The notes: generated by a model not told the origin, from the letters alone. A DNA stretch of 64,000 nt from Octopus sinensis (GCF_006345805.1 NC_043017.1:14632001-14696000); one strand, 5' to 3'. Shown: positions 1-13,220, counted from the first letter of the stretch. A program made the numbers and translations.

Positions 1-1811
1 CTGTGCCAAAGCCAGTTGGATTGACGGTTTCGGTCTGTCGAAGTCCAGAATGTGAAAAATGAGAAAGTGAATGGCGCAAGGCACCTGATCCACAATGCTA
101 CCAATCCATCACCCTGGATGAAAGCAGAGTTGACCTCAAACTGTACCTGTAATTCAATCGGGACCAACCATGTCACACTTTTTTGAGCCGAGAACCAGAT
201 TAAAGTCTATAAATACCGACGAAATACTCATCCACTTACAACTTCTTTTAATGAATCTTTTGTTCAATTGACAGAAAACCCCAAATGTTGCTCGTCGAAA
301 CCGACAGATTGTCTATTATTTAACCCTGGGCATACCATGGTCTCGAGGTACGATAATCTAAGGTGCTCCATCTACGAAGTACCTCGTCTTATTTCGGACA
401 GTATGTTTAGGACTACATCCCCCCATATGTCCTTCTTGTTTAAAACAGTCGGGCGTGATTTGAGGTAGATTTGATTGCTATTTCTGGTAGACCGAGTGAC
501 TTGTGATCTCCCTTGTTCGTTCGTAGTATATTCAATGATCTTTGATGGTCTGCAAGAACGGTCATCTTTGGTGAGGCACACTGCCATAGACTGTCGACTG
601 TTGTCATGCCCAAAATTCAGAAAGAAATCGAAACATTTCTTTCTGGTTGTTTAACGAAGAGTGTCATGGAGAGAGCAAGTCATGCGAACATTGCAACATG
701 GTCCACAGAGCAAGTTATCACCATTAAGTTCATTAAACCGGCCATGCAGATCAGTTAATTCTAGGAATAAAAAACATTTTTGATATAAGTTCATTTGTTA
801 TCCTTGTCAACCGAGAATGTCATCCCGTGGTTTATTTAGGCAACGATAAATAAATTTCTTCAGTGAAAGAGCAGGTAATGTGAATGGGTCGAAAGTATTT
901 TCGCCCTCAAAAGACAATGCACACTATCCAATTCGAGTATTATTAAAAGGGATGGTAAACAATTAACGAGAGTCTCTCTTTGACATACATAAAGACATCA
1001 ACAACCCGGTTTCTAGTGGAGATGGCGCAGAGACGGATACGTCAGACGCAGAGGGTGCTGCGGCTATTAAAGGACATTTTAACGCAGTAAAAAGAAAATC
1101 TTTCTAATGTCAGCAAAAGTATAAAACTCTTCTACCAAAACAGTTTTCTTAAGTTTATTTAGCTTTAAACATGATGAAATTTATTTGTATCAACGAGTTT
1201 AAATTAAGTTTGCTCGTCCCAACCGACACTTTGTTAAGCTTTTGTTTTTTCAAGGTGCTGCTCCAACATGGCCACAGAAGCTGAAACTAATAAATAAGGA
1301 TAAACACAGACTCCCTTCACATTATTATTTCCCCCAAATTATCGACCCTCGGGTTTAATATATTTCTTCAGTCACCATTCTTTTCTGACCAGTAAAACTC
1401 ATCTTTCACAGAAACATTGTCTTCTTTTCTGGTTCTGTAGAATAACTAACGAGCAACTAAGGAAATCAATCATACAGCGACGTCTCAGACCTTCTTATTG
1501 TGAGATTTTTAAAAATCTTCAGAACCGTGGAAAGATTTCGTCTCATCACCTTCTGTATTTGTTTTGTAAGTAGTTAACCTACAGCAGCCGTTCTGAAATC
1601 GGGACGGAATTCTTCCAGTTACAAAACCAGAAGTGACCCGAAGTTTATATTCCATTTCACTTGGAATCTTTGACTTTACAAAACCCAAGATTTTATAACT
1701 TAACGCTTCAAGTGGTTAAGTCACTCCAAACGCCACCGAAAAACAACCGCTTCAGAAACCTCTGCGAAGGTAAAACGCCTGGATTTTCGTGACAAAGCAG
1801 TTTCCAATTCA

Positions 1812-1885
1812 AACACACACACACACACACATTTATAGACAATATAAACACACACACACACACACACACATACATATATATATGT
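1812..1885. repeat. (CA)n/(TA)n microsatellite
   Basis: Direct reading of dinucleotide runs. Confidence 0.95.
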
Positions 1886-2069
1886 GCATATATGTAGGTG
1901 TGAATGTTATATTCCATCTCTACTTTCTTCCTGTCTCTTCGACTCCATTCTTCCTCAATCATGTGACCTCCCCACCCATGCGCAACATTCCCCCCCTCCA
2001 ACTTCATTCAATCTGCCAACACTCATTCTCTTCTATTCCGTCTCAAGAGACAATCGCTGGTGCCAAGCC

Positions 2070-2270
2070 TTATAAACCTCGGTTTATTGGTTGAACCCAA
2101 ACGCATTCAGTAATGTAAACCCAAGACAGGGAAGGTGCTGGGGCAGCGGTGAGCTCCTGCCCAGCTGAATCTGTGGACCGGTCGTCAGCTCCTTGTTGTT
2201 GTGGTTTCTCTTCGTTCAGTCGAGTCTCTGTGTTACTGTCACACCACTTCAGGAAGTCAAATATCACGTA
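2070..2270 (-). CDS. Candidate host exon, acidic/Gln-rich and disordered
   Basis: Unique non-repetitive part of ORF 2070..2432 reads ETRLNEEKPQQQGADDRSTDSAGQELTAAPAPSLS. Splice sites are weak and no domain is recognised. Confidence 0.2.
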   Translation of the reverse strand, partial: YVIFDFLKWCDSNTETRLNEEKPQQQGADDRSTDSAGQELTAAPAPSLSWVYITECVWVQPINRGL

Positions 2271-2309
2271 TTTAACAGCCGAACACACGGACACAGAGAC
2301 ATAGAGAAA

Positions 2310-2597
2310 TACAGACTTACACACACGTGTGTGTGTGTGTGTGCACAAATACATGCGCAGACACTTAACACAGCTAATACACATATATACATGAATGTAA
2401 AGACACACACACATATACAAACACATACGCATATAATACGCGCATACATACTTTCAGTGACGTAATTTACACATACATCCTTACGTTTGTGCGTGCATGC
2501 AGACTCGCACACACGCGCACGTAAGCAATCAAACGCATACAACAGCAGACATACACACATAGGGAAGGACATATACATAAACATACATGCTTACATA

Positions 2598-2637
<40 letters not shown>

Positions 2638-3378
2638 CACTTACATGCACAAATCAATTTCACCTAAAACAAAATTATCACGTGAATCAGTGATCACATG
2701 ACATAGGGGATTGTGGGAAGACGGTGAGGGTTTCATAAAAGAAATTACTTTGTCAGTCAATGTGCGTGTGTGCATGTATATATGTATGCATATGTGTATA
2801 TATGTATATGTATGCGAGTGTATATGTGTATAAATGCGTGCATCTATAAATGTGCATTTATACATATTTATACACACCAATCTATATAAATGAGTGACTG
2901 CAGATGTGTGCAACTGTGAGTGCATGTGTTCGTGACGATGCATGGTGTTTGTACCTATTTACCGAGACAGAAGCTGGCTGTCTATCGATCGTCACCTGTT
3001 CTTATACACACACACACACCATGCACCTCTTAGCATGTATGTGTGTGTACAACATTGACATACATAGATACATACTCGTAAGCATAATTATGTGCGTGTG
3101 TGTGTGTGTGTGTATATATACAGGGAGAGAGAGAGAGCAAGAGAGTGAGGGAGTGAGAGAGTGACAGGGAGAGAAACATTTTATATATATGCATATATAT
3201 ATATATATATGTATATATACATGTATATACATATATATATGTTTGTACATATGTGTATAGATATATGTATATATATATGTGAATATATATATGTATATAT
3301 ATATATGTGTGTGTGTGTGTGTATATATATATGTATATATATATGTGTGTATATATATGTATATATATGTATATATAC

Positions 3379-3410
<32 letters not shown>
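2310..3410. repeat. Compound (CA)/(TG)/(TA)/(GA) microsatellite block
   Basis: Direct reading; interrupted by short unique spacers. Confidence 0.9.
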
Positions 3411-3415
<5 letters not shown>

Positions 3416-3649
3416 GAGCTAAAAACCACTAGGTGGTCAGCCGTATGCTAGAAGTAGATCACATACGATCAAACTACAAAGAAAAGAATGTTCTCTTGGG
3501 GAACCGAATGGTTTTTTTTTAGCCTTTTGAATATACACATGTATTAGAATTTTCTCTGATTTTTCAGATTTTTGTTTGCTAGGCTACTGGTTTTAAATTG
3601 ATATTAATTAAATTAATATTCAATTTATCTCCCTCATTATTTAAATGTG

Positions 3650-3707
3650 TATATGTATATGTATATATGTATGTTATATATATATGTATAGATATGTATA
3701 TATATAT

Positions 3708-3753
<46 letters not shown>

Positions 3754-3768
3754 ACGTACCAGTGACTA

Positions 3769-3808
<40 letters not shown>

Positions 3809-3842
3809 CTTTGAATATATATATATACACATGTATATATAC

Positions 3843-3885
<43 letters not shown>

Positions 3886-3906
3886 TATATAATATTATAT
3901 ATATAT

Positions 3907-3955
<49 letters not shown>

Positions 3956-4125
3956 ATATATACATATATATATAATATATATTTAGTTAGATATTTTGAT
4001 GTGCTGTGCTTTATATATATATACGTTTGTATATTTACATATATATATATGTGTGTGTGTGTGCGTTATATATATGTGTATATATATATGTATATTATAT
4101 ATATATGTGTGTGCGTATATATATG

Positions 4126-4159
<34 letters not shown>

Positions 4160-4182
4160 CGTATAATATGTGTATATATATG

Positions 4183-4213
<31 letters not shown>

Positions 4214-4572
4214 ATATATAATGTATATATATATATATATATATATATATGGTGTGTATATATGTGTGTGTGTATGTATATATATATATGTGTATATATA
4301 TGTATATATATATATATATTGTGTGTGTGTGTGTGTGTATATATATATACAATATATATAAATAGATAAAATAGTTATGTTGGCAGATATTTTGAGGTGT
4401 GTGCTTTACTATATACTATGTTTATGTATATTAAATTATATATATGTGTGTGTGTGTGCGTATATATAATGGGTATTATATATGTATATATATATATATA
4501 TGTGTGTGGTATATATATATGTATATTATATATATGTGTGTGTTGTGTTGTGTGGCTATATATATGTGTATA

Positions 4573-4609
<37 letters not shown>

Positions 4610-4698
4610 TATATATTTATGTCTAATATATATATATATATATATGTGTGTGTATATATGTGTGTGTGTATGTATATATATATATGTGTATATATATG

Positions 4699-4755
<57 letters not shown>

Positions 4756-4756
4756 G
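3650..4756. repeat. Long (TA)/(TG) microsatellite block containing a tandem duplication of about 396 bp
   Basis: Anchor AGATATTTTGA..GTGCTTTA occurs at 3989 and 4385; the pattern at about 4249-4310 recurs at about 4646-4710. Confidence 0.85.
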
Positions 4757-4774
4757 GTGACGCATATTTGCCAT

Positions 4775-5040
4775 TTGAATATGGCTAACCCCTAAGGGTG
4801 GATGCTACTGTAGTTTGTAGCCACAGGAAGATATCTCCTCCAGTTGGCTATAGACACACTATGTGTCCTCTCAGTATTTGTGAAGGGGAGTCATCCTCCC
4901 CGTCTTCAACTCATGATACACACGGACTCGAGTTTCAAGGTGTTTACCTCTCATCAGCGTGTGACAATCATGGTTGTCGACGAGAAGTCAGCTCCCTTCA
5001 CAAATACATATACTTTTTCCAGTGTCGATTGACACTGATA
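4775..5040 (-). mobile_element. Small non-coding ribozyme-bearing element (solo pseudo-LTR of a Penelope-like element, or retrozyme-like)
   Basis: Unique island between microsatellites containing a hammerhead motif and a long hairpin (4874-4890 pairs with 4992-5007). The 3' end runs into (TA)n(CA)n. Boundaries are approximate. Confidence 0.55.
4912..4972 (-). ncRNA. Minimal type I hammerhead ribozyme
   Basis: Minus strand reads CATGAT TGT CACACG CTGATGA GAGGT AAAC ACCTT GAAA C TCGA G TC CGTGTG T ATCATG. It has the conserved CUGAUGA and GAAA cores, a GUC cleavage triplet, helix I CACACG/CGTGTG plus CATGAT/ATCATG, a 5 bp helix II, and a minimal helix III with a palindromic loop. Confidence 0.88.
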
Positions 5041-5269
5041 TTGATATGTATAATTACATATATCTACGAGCCAGATAAAAATCCTGCAGTTCATTCTGCC
5101 CAACCCTCCTTACAGTTCTGCCAGGCCTTTGCCCTCGATTGCTTATTTTGTGTCGATCCCAGAACGATGACAAGTCAAGCTGATCTTAGGAGAATTTGAA
5201 ACCAGGGTATAGAAGGTGAGAACAAATACAGCGAGGCATTCTAGGCAATTTTTAATGACCCTGGCTATT

Positions 5270-5345
5270 GGCTGTGTGTATAATGTGTATAATGTGTTTG
5301 TGTATAAAGTATACAAATATCTTTTTATGTAATATATGTGTGTTG

Positions 5346-5378
<33 letters not shown>

Positions 5379-5440
5379 GTATGTATGTATCCAAGTGTGT
5401 ATATAATATAATGTGTACATGTGAGTTTGTATGTGTGTAA
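5270..5440. repeat. (TG)/(TA) microsatellite
   Basis: Direct reading. Confidence 0.85.
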
Positions 5441-6359
5441 CACAGCAGTCTTTTAAATAGACCAGCTTGCTCTCCTTAAACTTGATCTACTTTCACGCGC
5501 CATGCTCTCTTTTCATTTCTTAATTCTAATATTATTAAACCCTAAATTCAGTTGATGTACTGAGCGATAAACATTAAAAGGAAACCCTACCCACACACAC
5601 ATACGCGTACACACGCACACGCACGCATGCACGCACACATACATGCACGCGGATACAGAAGGAATGAAAGAGAAGATGGAGATGTGATAGAAGAAGTGAG
5701 AGAGGCAACTGAGACAATATCAATATATTTACAGTCCGTATTTTTAGTCAGAATCCAACGTACGTTATCATCACAAATTTTTTAGGAATCACACAAAATC
5801 GTGTTATCGTTTATTAAAATCTGTTTTTTACACAAACCTCCATTTTCGAAATCTGCTGTCAAACCCTTCTATATTATATTATCATACCCCACTCATCACA
5901 CATATTCTCTCCACCCCACACACCAAATTTACCTATCCCCTACATTTCCCCTCTCTCTCTCTCTCTCTTCGCCATCATTCAACGATCGTTCATCGAATTC
6001 TCACCAATCAACGAAACTCTGCTTTCACTTTCACTATCGTAACTCCAGCAGCAGACATCACAACTCATTTTTACTTCCATATTCAACCTTCAGTCACGAT
6101 TCAGTTTACCACCAGCGATCAGCTGCAATACCAGCCCCTATTTTCACATTGATTACCTTCATCGTTATCTAAGAAACCTCTAGCCCCATTGATTTCCGAC
6201 CCTAATCCCTACTACCATCCAACCCCAAATAACTCGATATATACGGAACCTCACACCAACACCAACTGTCATCAGGCACCAACACTTCACTTTACAAGAA
6301 ACTACAATGCTGCATTATACAATCGAGTCGCCTCACACAGCAGCAACCCTACCTATCAG

Positions 6360-6393
<34 letters not shown>

Positions 6394-6799
6394 CCCCCGT
6401 GTCTCCCACTCTCTGTTTGTTTGTCTGCCGCTTTCTCTTTTCTTTCTCTCTCCCCCTTCTGTCTTTCTGTCTCATCAAGAGGAGACAATCCCTACATTCA
6501 ACAAGTGAGAGACGAGGGTAAACAAGTTATACAGGGATGGAGAGCGGAAGATAGAAGAGTACATTATGAGAGAGAGAGAGAGAGACAGAACGAGGGAAGA
6601 AAGAGAAAGAGAAAAAGAGAGTTGTCACATAAAGCAGTAGTAGTAGTATGTGTATGTAGGGGGAACGTATGGCAGTGGGTGGTGGGAGGTGGCGTAGGAA
6701 TAGTTCTACTGACTCCACCTCGCTCGCTGTCATTCCACTCCCCTCCCCCCACTGGCATATTTCTTAGAATTGCAACATTAAAAATGCTATGATAACACT

Positions 6800-7146
6800 A
6801 TACATGCATGTGTGTGTGTATACATGCGCGTGTGTGTGTGTGTGTGTGTGTTTGCGTGTGTGTGTGTGTGTGTGTGTTTGCGTGTGTGTGTGTGTGTGTG
6901 TGTTTGCGTGTACATAAATGTGACATTTGTACGCCGCTGTGTCGTGACTGTGCATCAATCGTCTGCCGTTGCGCTCGCAAACACTCACACACTTCAACAC
7001 AATACATACATTCGTATACACATACATACTCACGCGCGCGCGCGCGCACACACACACACCTATGTATATTTACAGACAGACACGTGCATTCGTGCATACA
7101 TATAAGCACACTAATATATACATATTCATATATATATATATATATA
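6800..7146. repeat. (TG)n, (CG/CA)n and (TA)n microsatellites
   Basis: Direct reading. Confidence 0.9.
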
Positions 7147-7370
7147 TGGCCTAGTGGTTAGGGCAGCGGACTCGCGGTCGCAGGATCGCGGTTTCGATTC
7201 TCAGACCGGGCGTTGTGTGTGTTTATTGAGCGAAAACACCTAAAAGCTCTACGAGGCTCCGGCAGGGGGTGGTGATCCCTGCTGTACTCTTTCACCACAA
7301 TGGCGGTGCCCCAGCATGGCCACAGCTCAAGAGCTGAAACTGGAAAAACAAAAAAACAAAAAACAAACAA
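7147..7370 (+). mobile_element. tRNA-derived SINE (family D)
   Basis: A-box TGGCCTAGTGG at 7147-7157, B-box GGTTTCGATTC at 7190-7200, a non-tRNA body, 3' motif GGCGGTGCCCCAGCATGGCCACAG shared with other SINEs here, and an A-rich tail. Confidence 0.8.
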
Positions 7371-7454
7371 ACATATATATACACACACACAGACACATAC
7401 ATATGCATATACACTCACATAAACATATACATACACACACACACATATATATAT

Positions 7455-7488
<34 letters not shown>

Positions 7489-7531
7489 CACTCACATATG
7501 CATATACACTCACATAAACATATACACACAC

Positions 7532-7564
<33 letters not shown>

Positions 7565-7700
7565 CACACATATATATATATACACATACATATATGCACA
7601 CATATACTGACATATACACGCATAAACCTACACATATATGTATACGCATGCATACACATATATACACACACATATGTTCACACACTCATCGCTACATATA
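7371..7700. repeat. (CA)/(TA) microsatellite
   Basis: Direct reading. Confidence 0.9.
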
Positions 7701-7893
7701 TAATGGCTGTACAAAACACCTGAGTTAATAGCCCCTAACTCCAGAAGAAGCTCTCCCCTTTTCCGTCACACTCCACCATCTTTATAAAAGACCTGTTGTT
7801 GTCACCTGCCTCTTGTACCGCTACTAAGTTGGTCACTATTCCTCAAAGCTGACTGGTCCTACACCCCACCACTAACTTTCACTCAGACATCCC

Positions 7894-7947
<54 letters not shown>

Positions 7948-8819
7948 TACCATAAAGCCACCTCCCCCCATCTCAACCCACATTGCTTAATCGATTTTGG
8001 TATAAATGGCGAAATTGAATCAAGATCCTCCGAAATATGTTCAAAATTTACATTCCCCCGACCCTCACCCCTATTACCCTCGACATCTCTAAGGAATTCG
8101 GTTGAAATTGTTTGTTGCTGGTATTTCATATGGGATAAATGAAAACTGTTTAATTATTATTTCAATTGAAATGTCTGCGCACGCCGGGCAAGAGTTTATG
8201 GTTGGTGATGATGGTGGGGTTCTGTAAAATAGAAAGGGTTCGGTGATTTGGGGAAATTCTGATAATGGGTTCCACAGCATAAGTTTGGGAACCACTCAGA
8301 CAATTAAGAGGGTTGAGTGATGCCGTGAGGAAAGCATCAGTTGCCAGAAAATCGGCTCTGCCAGGAGTTCAAATCCATTCTCCATTTAACAAACTCCAAC
8401 CCCAAAATGATTTCCCGGAAACTAAAGAAAATATCTAAAAAAAAAAGTAATAATGAATGGATAAATAAAGGTTTTCAAAGAATTTACTTCGGTTAAGTTT
8501 TTTTTTCTTCGTTTTTAATGAGATTGTTGCTACTGTACATAAAGCCCGCGGTCGATATTTAACTTGTATATTTCACAAGACTGCTGGATCGAAGCTGACC
8601 TATGATTAAACAATAGCTATAAGATCGTCTGTTAAAGTGCTAACCAAGGAAGTTCTATGTGGAAGCTAGCGTGGCAAGAAATAGTAGCCAAATCTCCTTC
8701 AAGAAGAAAGGATACATTGGACAAAGTAACTCTAGATCAATAAAAATAACCATGAGTGGAATGCCCACTTAGCACCTTTTGGAGTAAACAACAAAATCAA
8801 AGGCTGTTGATTAATTAGT

Positions 8820-8849
8820 TATTATCATCATCATCATCATCATTATTAT

Positions 8850-8900
<51 letters not shown>

Positions 8901-9215
8901 GAGTGAGAGAGCAGCATACGCCATCAAAGTATTTTATATAAAGCCTGATAAGGAGGGTTCACAAGGTACAAGCATTATAAACATATGTGAGCGACATGAT
9001 GGCCTGATGTCAAGATAAACAGCGCATGACCTTGCAGGTAGGGGCCCCAGTAAGAATTGTTTTCATCCTGCTGAAAATGTCTCTGAATAAGGGTTGTTTA
9101 ATGATGATGAACGAAGCACCAATGTTTCCAGGGACGAAGTATTCAAACCCCAAAGAATCCCTCTCAGCACATGGCTATGATGCTCCCCCACTACTCCTGT
9201 TCACAATTATTTTTT
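8820..9215 (-). mobile_element. 5'-truncated non-LTR retroelement 3' end with (AAT)n tail
   Basis: Minus strand ends ...CTCTCTCACTC followed by (AAT)n at 8820-8900. I recall this as a recurrent octopus repeat, but that is unverified. Confidence 0.5.
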
Positions 9216-9756
9216 AGGAGATATAAAACAAAATTTCAAGAAATTGCTGCATAAATTGTCATGGCAACAATTATTGATCAAAGAAATAATTGAAGTGTTG
9301 GAGACTCTCCCACCACACAGACATTGGGTGAGGACAGGAAAGTTGATTCAATGAATGACTGGTATTTTATTGTATCAACCCGAAAAATTTGAAAGGTGAC
9401 TTCGGTGGGATTCGAACTAAGAACATAAAATACCATGAGGCAATTTGTTCAACTTTTGACCAATTTCGACATTCTTCAGGAAAGACTCGAAACCGAATCG
9501 ATGCCAGCTACAAAGAATTGATTGAACATGTGACTGAAGGTGAATCATCAAGTGGGAGTGAGAGGGAATAGAATAGAATAGAGAGGGAGATGGAGAGAGG
9601 GGGGAGAGGAAGAGTTAGTCTATGTAGAGAGAGAAGTGATACAGACATTAAGAGGGGGTGAACGAGAGTGAGAGAGAGAGGAGATAGAAAGACTAGCGAA
9701 AGTGGCAGGTGGAGGCTTGTGCAAATGAGAAATTTAAGTGAGGGCAGTAGTAAGAG

Positions 9757-9795
<39 letters not shown>

Positions 9796-9820
9796 TACAC
9801 ACACACACACATATATAGAT

Positions 9821-9982
9821 GCAAGCGTGGCTGTGTGGTCAGTAGCTTGCCTACCGACCACATCGTTCTGGGTTCAGTCCCAATGCGTGGCACCTTGTGC
9901 AAGTGTCTACTACCATAGTCTCGGGCCGACCAAAGCCTTGTGAGTGGATTTGGTAGACGGAATCTGAAAGAAGCTTGTCGTA

Positions 9983-10023
<41 letters not shown>

Positions 10024-10033
10024 TATATGTATG

Positions 10034-10108
<75 letters not shown>

Positions 10109-10110
10109 AT

Positions 10111-10142
<32 letters not shown>

Positions 10143-10458
10143 TATATATATATATATATATTATGTATATATATATGATGTATGTATGTATGTATGTATG
10201 TATTATGTATGTATGTATGTATGTGTATCTGTGTGTCTGTGTGTCTGTATCTGTTCTCCCAATATCGCTTGACAACCGGTATTGATGTGTTTACGTCCCC
10301 GTTATCTAGCAGTTCGGCAAAAGAGACCGATATAATCGGCGAAAGAGACCGATACAATACTAGGCTTACAAAGAATAATTCATGGGGTCGATTTCTTTTT
10401 ACTAAATAAGGTGCTCCAGCATGGCCGCAGTCAAATGACTGAAATGAATAAAAGAATA
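9821..10458 (+). mobile_element. tRNA-type SINE (family A) with an expanded internal microsatellite
   Basis: Head GCGTGGCTGTGTGGT..GGGTTCAGTCC, internal (TA)/(TATG)/(TG) at about 9980-10250, and tail GGTGCTCCAGCATGGCCGCAGTCAAATGACTGAAA. Colinear with the copy at 15833. Confidence 0.85.
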
Positions 10459-10614
10459 TATATATATATATAATAGACGTGCGTATGTAAGAAGGGGGGG
10501 GGGAGAAGTAAAGAGACGTAATTGATGGAAGTAGTAAGAGGGAAAAAGGGAAGAATTTAGTTCCAATTTTAAGTTTTGAGCGAAAAAATTAAGTTTTCGT
10601 ACGATTTACAAATA

Positions 10615-10800
10615 AAGGTTTCAACTTTTGGCACAAGGCCAGCAATGTTTTGATATGGGAGGGTAAGTCAATTACATCGACCCCAGTGCTCAACTGGTAC
10701 TTATTTTATCCACCCTGAATTTGAACTCAGAACATGTAGACAGACGAAATGCCGCTAAACATTTTGTTGCGAGTGTTAACAATTCAGCCAGTGCACTGTC
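10615..10800 (-). mobile_element. SINE family B copy
   Basis: Reverse complement of the core GGGGTCGATGTAATTGAC..CTGGCCTTGTGCCAAAAGTTGAAACC seen in the trimers at 41 kb and 51 kb. Confidence 0.7.
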
Positions 10801-10855
10801 TTACGATGTGCGAAATGAGGCTCTCACATTACTGACGCTGTTACTGTTCTAGCAA

Positions 10856-11032
<177 letters not shown>

Positions 11033-13170
11033 GCGCAACCGTGCGCCGTGCCGGGCCGGAGCATCCATGACAACCTCCATCTGATGCGCTACATCATAGA
11101 CAGGGTAGTTAACGAACCTGGCATGGGTGGGGCGCTGATCAATTTGGATCAATCGAAAGCTTTCGATAGGGTAGACCATCGATACTTGGAGGCAGTCCTG
11201 AGAGCGGCTGGTTTCGGTCCCGTCTTCCGCGGCTGTATAGCTGCTTTGTACAGAGGTATCCGTTCCGTAATTCGCGTAAATGGACATCTATCGAGACCTT
11301 TCGACATTGCACGTTCGGTCCGTCAGGGATGCCCCCTGTCATCGCTTCTATACGTATTGACTCTCGAGCCACTACTGCGGAAGCTGGCGACGCTGAGGGG
11401 CATCCCGCGAGAATTGGGATGCGGGACGAGCGTGTCTGCATACGTGGACGACGTCACCATCATATTGTCAAGCCACGAGCACATCGAGCTGGTTGGCGAG
11501 ACACTGAAAGACTACGAAGCGGTGACAGGGGCGAAAATCAACCGGGAAAAGTCAGTGGGCTTGCGACTCGCCACCTGGAGAAGCAAGCCCATGTCGTCTA
11601 CCAGCACCTCCGTCGTGGGACGCTGGACGGACGGCCCGGTTGAGTTGCTCGGGATCTGGTTCGGTCCGAACCTCCAAATGGAGAAAAACTGGAACGAGAT
11701 AACGAGTAGGGTTGTCACTCTCACCCGGCAATGGGCCGAGGGGAAAGTGTCCCTAAAAGGTCGGGCGGAGGTGGCGAACACGTACATCGCGTCCATCATC
11801 TACTACCGCCTGACCGTCGTACCTTGTCCCGACCCTACCATCACCAAACTAGAACGCATTCTCTTCCGCTTCCTGTGGAAAGGATGCGTCATGATGGTCA
11901 GGCGATCCAATGCTGTCAACACCCGTTAAAAGGAGGGCTGGGCATGCCGTGGTTGATGATGCGCAGACGCGCGCTGAGACTGCGACATCTCCGGCTCTAT
12001 GTAGACGACGGTGAACAGGTGTGGTCGCCGTTTATGAAGCACGCTTTCCCGCAGCTCGTCTCCATGACAGAACTGCAGTCGTGGATAAAAAAGAGGCCGA
12101 AGAAGGGCGAATGGCACTGCGAGTGTCGCGTTGCTCTCAAGTAACTATGCCGTCCCGAGTCGACCTTGAGTGACTTCAACACAACCAAAGCATTCTATAG
12201 GGGATTAGTGGAGGGGAGGTACGACGACGATCTTGGAGGGAACCTGGGCGTCGACGAGGAATACCTGACCCGCCTGTTTGAGACGACTTTCGGGCCGGGA
12301 CCTATGGACAACTTCCAGAGATCCCTGGCCTGGCAGTGCTACCGAGAAGCACCACCCGTTCGGGATAAGCTCTATAGACATGGCTTGAGAAACACGGGGT
12401 CGACCTGCCCGAGATGTGGGCAGAGCGACGAAACCGTTCTGCACGCAATCATGCAGTGTCCAACAATCTCCGACCCGTGGGCTTATGTCGAACGACTGCT
12501 GTCACGTGTGGGACGTGTCGGTTTATCAGCCGAATCTATCGTTAATATCGTCACGCCTCCTTCCTTCAAACGGGAAGAGCTATTTTTATCATACTTGTGG
12601 CTATGGCGAAAGAATGTATCTGGTGGACGCACCTGAAAGGATTAGAGACAAACACCTTCCTCTCTGGTCAATCTCTCATCAACTTCTTCAAGTATCACTT
12701 GAAGAGGAAAGTGAGAGTAGAGAGGCAATTTTTGTCTAGTGAATGTTTTAAAAAGAGATGGGTGAATGTAGCAAGGATGGCACGTATGAATGACGAATCC
12801 ACCTTGACTATGATCCTATGAACCGTAAAAATTACTTCAGAGAGTTGCTTATTTGTAAAAAAAAAATAACATGTGACTTTATTGACCGAGGTTACCGTGG
12901 TCTTTTCCGTAGGCTTTTCTTTCCACGGTAAACCTCATCTGTCCTCCCCTTTACACTTTATATTGATATTTCTGTGATAACGATACCTATTAATTGATTT
13001 TTTCTTTTTCCTTTTATTTTTACCCCCCCCCTTTTTGCTTTCCTCTTTCTTTCCTTTTACGATCCCTTTTGATCGAAAACCAAACCCCCTTTTTTTATCC
13101 CCAAAAAGAAAAGCTGTACCTTGTAATTTGCCCCGTCTGTGTGCAGCCCTGTGTGGCTAATAAAGAAACA
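11033..13170 (+). mobile_element. Tx1-type non-LTR retrotransposon copy A, 5'-truncated within RT and defective
   Basis: RT motifs LDQSKAFDRVDH, SVRQGCPLS and YVDD (ORF 11048..11929); Cys motif CPRCGQSDETVLHAIMQC; frameshifts and stops. The 3' end CAGCCCTGTGTGGCTAATAAAGAAACA joins (TATC)n. Confidence 0.93.
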
Positions 13171-13220
13171 TATCTATCTATCTATCTATCTATCTATCAA
13201 TCTATCTATCTATCTATCTA

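Noticed and set aside
1-700. Short ORFs at the window start
   Set aside because: All frames are interrupted by stops, and part of the region resembles a degenerate repeat also seen near 8660.
7147-7215. Possible tRNA gene (also 28990-29058 and 60785-60855)
   Set aside because: A and B boxes are present, but there is no proper acceptor stem and the sequence continues into SINE bodies, so these are SINE heads.
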